From positions 2,639 to 66,638 of the forward strand of contig CAMOXI010000004.1 of assembly GCA_946628965.1 (NCBI GenBank): a stretch of 64,000 nt of DNA, written 5' to 3'. Shown here one piece after another: positions 61,292 to 64,000 of the stretch. Source of the stretch: an uncultured Clostridia bacterium (lineage in GTDB: Bacteria > Bacillota > Clostridia > Oscillospirales > Oscillospiraceae). The position numbers were made by a program, and so were the translations under genes. Numbering within the stretch: position 1 is the first letter of the stretch; each line of letters begins with the position of its first letter. The notes beneath the pieces are model-generated. The model was not told the DNA's origin, searched no databases, and saw only the letters and a list, made by a program, of their open reading frames with translations.

Positions 61292-63421
61292 TCACGCCGC
61301 CTCATCGAAGAGCAGCGTCGCCTTGAAGAGGTCGCCGTCCACGGCGATGCGCAGCTCGCCCTTCTGCAGTTTTGCAAGACTCATGGCGATGGAGAGGCCG
61401 AGGCCGCTGCCCTCGCTGCTGCGGGACGCATCGCCCCGCACGAAGCGCTCCGCCAGCTCTTCCCCGCTCACGTTCAGACGGCTGCGGGAGATGTTGCGGA
61501 AGGTGATCTCCGCACGCCCGTCCTTCGCGGCCAGATCCAGATAGACCCGCGTTCCGGGCTGGGCGTATTTGACGATGTTATTCAGCAGGTTATCAAAGAT
61601 GCGCCACATGTGCCGCCCGTCGCCCCGGGCCTGCACGGGCCGCTCCGGCTTGGATACCAGCAGCTCCAGCCCGGCCTTTTCCATGCGCTCCCGGTATTCG
61701 CCGGCCGCCTGGTCCAGCAGCACGCCCAGCTCCAGCGTCTCCCAGTTCACGCTGAGCGCGCCCGTGGATGCCTTGGACGCGTCCATCAGGTCTTCAATCA
61801 GCTTCTTAAGCCGGAGAGCCTGGCGGGAGAGCACCTCCACATAGCCCTTCGCGGTCTCGTTTTCCAGCTCCTCCTTCTCGAGCAAGTCCACATAGCTCAC
61901 GATGGAGGTCAGAGGCGTCTTGATGTCGTGGGAGACGTTGGTGATGAGCTCCGTGCGGAAGCGCTCGGACTTCATGCGCTCCTCCACCGCGGCGTTCACG
62001 CCGTCGCGGATGGCGTTTAAGTCCTCCGCGTGCTCCTTGAGCTCCAGGAACATGCCCTTCGTGTCCACGGTCGTATTCAAATTGCCGCTCGCGATCTCAT
62101 GGGCAGCCAGGCGGAGCTTGCGCATCTGCCAGATGCAGTACAGCACGGCCGGGCAGAGAACGAATAGATGGAAAAGGAACAGGAGCACCGTATTTCCCGT
62201 GGCCGCGAGCAGGAGCTCAAAGAGCAGTACGCCCCCCAGGATCGCAGCCCAGCGCCCCAGCATCGGCAGGGCCTTCAGGCCGCGCGCCGCGAGATGTACC
62301 AGCGTTTTGCAGACCTTGACACACCAGTGCCAGACGTGCGTGACCAGGTTATTCTTCCACACCGTGCCGCACTTGACGCGCACGGCCAGGCTCATGCACC
62401 AGAGCAGGAAGATGAGGCCTCCGAGAACCAGCAGCAGCGCTATGGCCGCAACGCTGACAGCACCGAAGACCCAGCCCGGTTCGAATATACCCACGAACAC
62501 AAGCGTCTCCGCCGAAAGGATCAGGATCGTGAAGAGGTCGAAGGGGATGCGGTCGACAAAGCTCTCCCGAGGCTTCTCCGCCCCCTTGTGCCAGCCCGCG
62601 GCGGCGATCAGGAACAGGAAGAGCAGGATGCCGAGCAGCAGGCTGCCCACAGCCAGCCAGGGCAGGATGCCGCGGTAGCCGTACAGCGTCCGGAACATAT
62701 ACAGCCGGCTCCAGATCTCGTCGCCCTCTTTGAGATCGCGCAGGATGTAGCCGTGCACACGCAGGGTATTCTCCTGCAGCCACTGCTGCAGGGCCTCCTG
62801 GCTCTCAAACTCGCGGATCTCGCCCGTCGTATAGTCCTCGGCCTCCCAGACCGTGACGATCCGGCCTTCATCGGCTGGCTTCGCGGTGGGTATAGGAACA
62901 GGCGCCGAGGTGACCATAACGTAATCATCCTGTGTCAGCGTGGGCACGGGGGGCGGGGTGATCTCGGGCGAGACCGTCACTTCCGGCTCCTCCCCGGTAA
63001 AGCCGCTCTCCTCCGGCGCATCCAGGCTTTCCGTGGTGCCGTCCTCGTACACGCGGCGCTCCCGGGTCCAGCTGCTGTATGTCGGCTCGTCCAGCACGAT
63101 CCGGTCCCAGAGCACATCCTCGCCCTCGTAGTCCGCGTAGAGCTCCGTCCCCTCGGCGTCCTCGATCACGCAGCGGAAGTTGACGGGCTTGCTGCCGTCC
63201 TCATAGGTGCCGAAGCGAACTTTGGCGGCTGCTTCCCGGGCGAGTGAATTGCCGATCCCGTCCACCGCGTCCCTGGCGGCGGCGTCATAGCCCATGGTGT
63301 AGGCGCCGCTCTCGGAGAGATAGAGCGCCCCGCCCGCGGAGCCCACGCAGAGCAGCGCCATCGCGCACAGCAGCAGCACCGCGAGCCCTTTTGCAAAGAT
63401 ACTTTGTCTGAGTGTTTTCAT
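61292..63421 (-). CDS. Sensor histidine kinase with a large extracytoplasmic N-terminal domain
   Basis: ATG 63421, 6 nt after GGAAAGGTG. H-box NVSHDIKTPLTSI, N-box FDNLLNNIVKYA, G-box GSGLGLSIA. Confidence 0.85.
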   Translation of the reverse strand: MKTLRQSIFAKGLAVLLLCAMALLCVGSAGGALYLSESGAYTMGYDAAARDAVDGIGNSLAREAAAKVRFGTYEDGSKPVNFRCVIEDAEGTELYADYEGEDVLWDRIVLDEPTYSSWTRERRVYEDGTTESLDAPEESGFTGEEPEVTVSPEITPPPVPTLTQDDYVMVTSAPVPIPTAKPADEGRIVTVWEAEDYTTGEIREFESQEALQQWLQENTLRVHGYILRDLKEGDEIWSRLYMFRTLYGYRGILPWLAVGSLLLGILLFLFLIAAAGWHKGAEKPRESFVDRIPFDLFTILILSAETLVFVGIFEPGWVFGAVSVAAIALLLVLGGLIFLLWCMSLAVRVKCGTVWKNNLVTHVWHWCVKVCKTLVHLAARGLKALPMLGRWAAILGGVLLFELLLAATGNTVLLFLFHLFVLCPAVLYCIWQMRKLRLAAHEIASGNLNTTVDTKGMFLELKEHAEDLNAIRDGVNAAVEERMKSERFRTELITNVSHDIKTPLTSIVSYVDLLEKEELENETAKGYVEVLSRQALRLKKLIEDLMDASKASTGALSVNWETLELGVLLDQAAGEYRERMEKAGLELLVSKPERPVQARGDGRHMWRIFDNLLNNIVKYAQPGTRVYLDLAAKDGRAEITFRNISRSRLNVSGEELAERFVRGDASRSSEGSGLGLSIAMSLAKLQKGELRIAVDGDLFKATLLFDEAA

Positions 63422-63442
63422 ACCAATCACCTTTCCTATCAC

Positions 63443-63577
63443 GCTCCCCTGTGCAAGTGGAGCTCCCGCGAAGCGGGTGAGGGGTTGTGTCCGTCATTTT
63501 CGTTATCGTTTCGGAGCGTTTGCCCCTTTCAACCCCTCCGCCTCCTTCGGAGGCACCTCCCCTTACACAGGGGAGGC
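63443..63577. repeat. Inverted pair of REP-like repeats (same family as 4539..4589) between the response-regulator and kinase genes
   Basis: Forward copy: GCTCCCCTGTGCAAGTGGAGCTCCCGCGAAGCGGGTGAGGGGTT. Reverse copy, read on the minus strand: GCCTCCCCTGTGTAAGGGGAGGTGCCTCCGAAGGAGGCGGAGGGGTT. Confidence 0.7.
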
Positions 63578-63580
63578 ATA

Positions 63581-64000
63581 TCATCCCTCGAATTTGTAGC
63601 CCTGGCCCCACACCGCCTTGATGTACCGCGGCTCCGCGGGGCTGATCTCGATCTTTTCCCGCAGGTGCCGGATGTGCACGGCCACGGTGCTCTCCGCACC
63701 GTAGGGCTCCTCGTTCCAGACGCGGCGGTAGATCGTCTTCGGCGCGAAGACCTCGCCCGCATGCTGCATCAGCAGCTTCAGGATCTCAAATTCCCGGGGC
63801 GTGAGTGTGACCGGCTCCCCGTCCACGGTGACGGTCTTTGCCCTGTCGTCCAGCGCCACCCCGCCGATGCACAGCGCGCTCTCCGGCTCTTTTCCGCCGC
63901 CGAGCTGCAGATAGCGCCGCAGCTGGGAGCGCACGCGGGCCAGCATCTCCACCGGGTTAAAGGGCTTGGTGATATAATCGTCCGCACCAACATTCAAGCC
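63581..64000 (-). CDS. OmpR-family response regulator (partial; N-terminus beyond the window edge)
   Basis: End of the receiver domain (GADDYITKPF) plus wHTH output LTPREFEILKLL..VHIRHLREKI..GQGYKF. Confidence 0.85.
   Translation of the reverse strand, partial: GLNVGADDYITKPFNPVEMLARVRSQLRRYLQLGGGKEPESALCIGGVALDDRAKTVTVDGEPVTLTPREFEILKLLMQHAGEVFAPKTIYRRVWNEEPYGAESTVAVHIRHLREKIEISPAEPRYIKAVWGQGYKFEG

Noticed and set aside
1-64000. Scan for tRNA, rRNA, tmRNA, RNase P, SRP RNA, CRISPR repeats, transposases, integrases, toxin-antitoxin or known defence-system genes
   Set aside because: No conserved RNA cores were seen (for example GGTTCGAATCC-type T-arms or the RNase P GAGGAAAGTCC motif). There were no regularly spaced repeats and no nuclease, helicase, reverse-transcriptase or recombinase signatures. 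Absence is by eye only and should be confirmed with tRNAscan-SE, Infernal and defence-system HMMs.

Overview
This is a 64-kb chromosomal segment from a high-GC, endospore-forming Clostridia-type Firmicute. The evidence is a spoIIGA-sigE pair, Gram-positive lipoboxes and strong GGAGG-type ribosome-binding sites. I can support about 56 protein-coding genes. I saw no rRNA, tRNA, CRISPR array, transposase, integrase or phage gene. Because of the GC content, almost every real gene is shadowed by long antisense or off-frame ORFs, which I rejected by family recognition. Left to right, the content is: a polar amino-acid ABC importer; a divergent Rrf2-nifS-nifU Fe-S operon; a lower-GC operon for a 1217-aa secreted transglutaminase-like protein plus two small acidic proteins; spoIIGA-sigE; a MATE pump; PrsW; a Gx-transporter/NusG-II pair; a DUF1538 membrane protein with two PII-like genes; a LysM protein; an acyltransferase; a TlpA-like thioredoxin; a UvrA paralogue lacking the UvrB-binding insert; an asymmetric heterodimeric ABC exporter; assorted hydrolases; and a 626-bp hairpin-rich non-coding island. 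The standout is a roughly 13-kb sugar locus at about 39.7-53.0 kb. It encodes an ABC importer, a GH31 enzyme carrying the sulfoquinovosidase residue pattern, a FucI-like isomerase, a split transketolase, an RpiB-family isomerase, an iron alcohol dehydrogenase, a DMT exporter and a ROK regulator. This reads as a complete transketolase-dependent sulfoquinovose (sulfoglycolysis) pathway ending in isethionate export. Other points worth a second look: (1) a ~165-bp four-hairpin element present twice, each copy flanked by a duplicated host terminator hairpin; (2) a REP-like repeat family with compensatory stem changes; (3) a catalytically degenerate P-type-ATPase-like protein with a ~560-aa acidic disordered N-terminus; and (4) an unannotated 48-aa acidic ORF. 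All homology statements are by-eye motif recognition; no database search was run.
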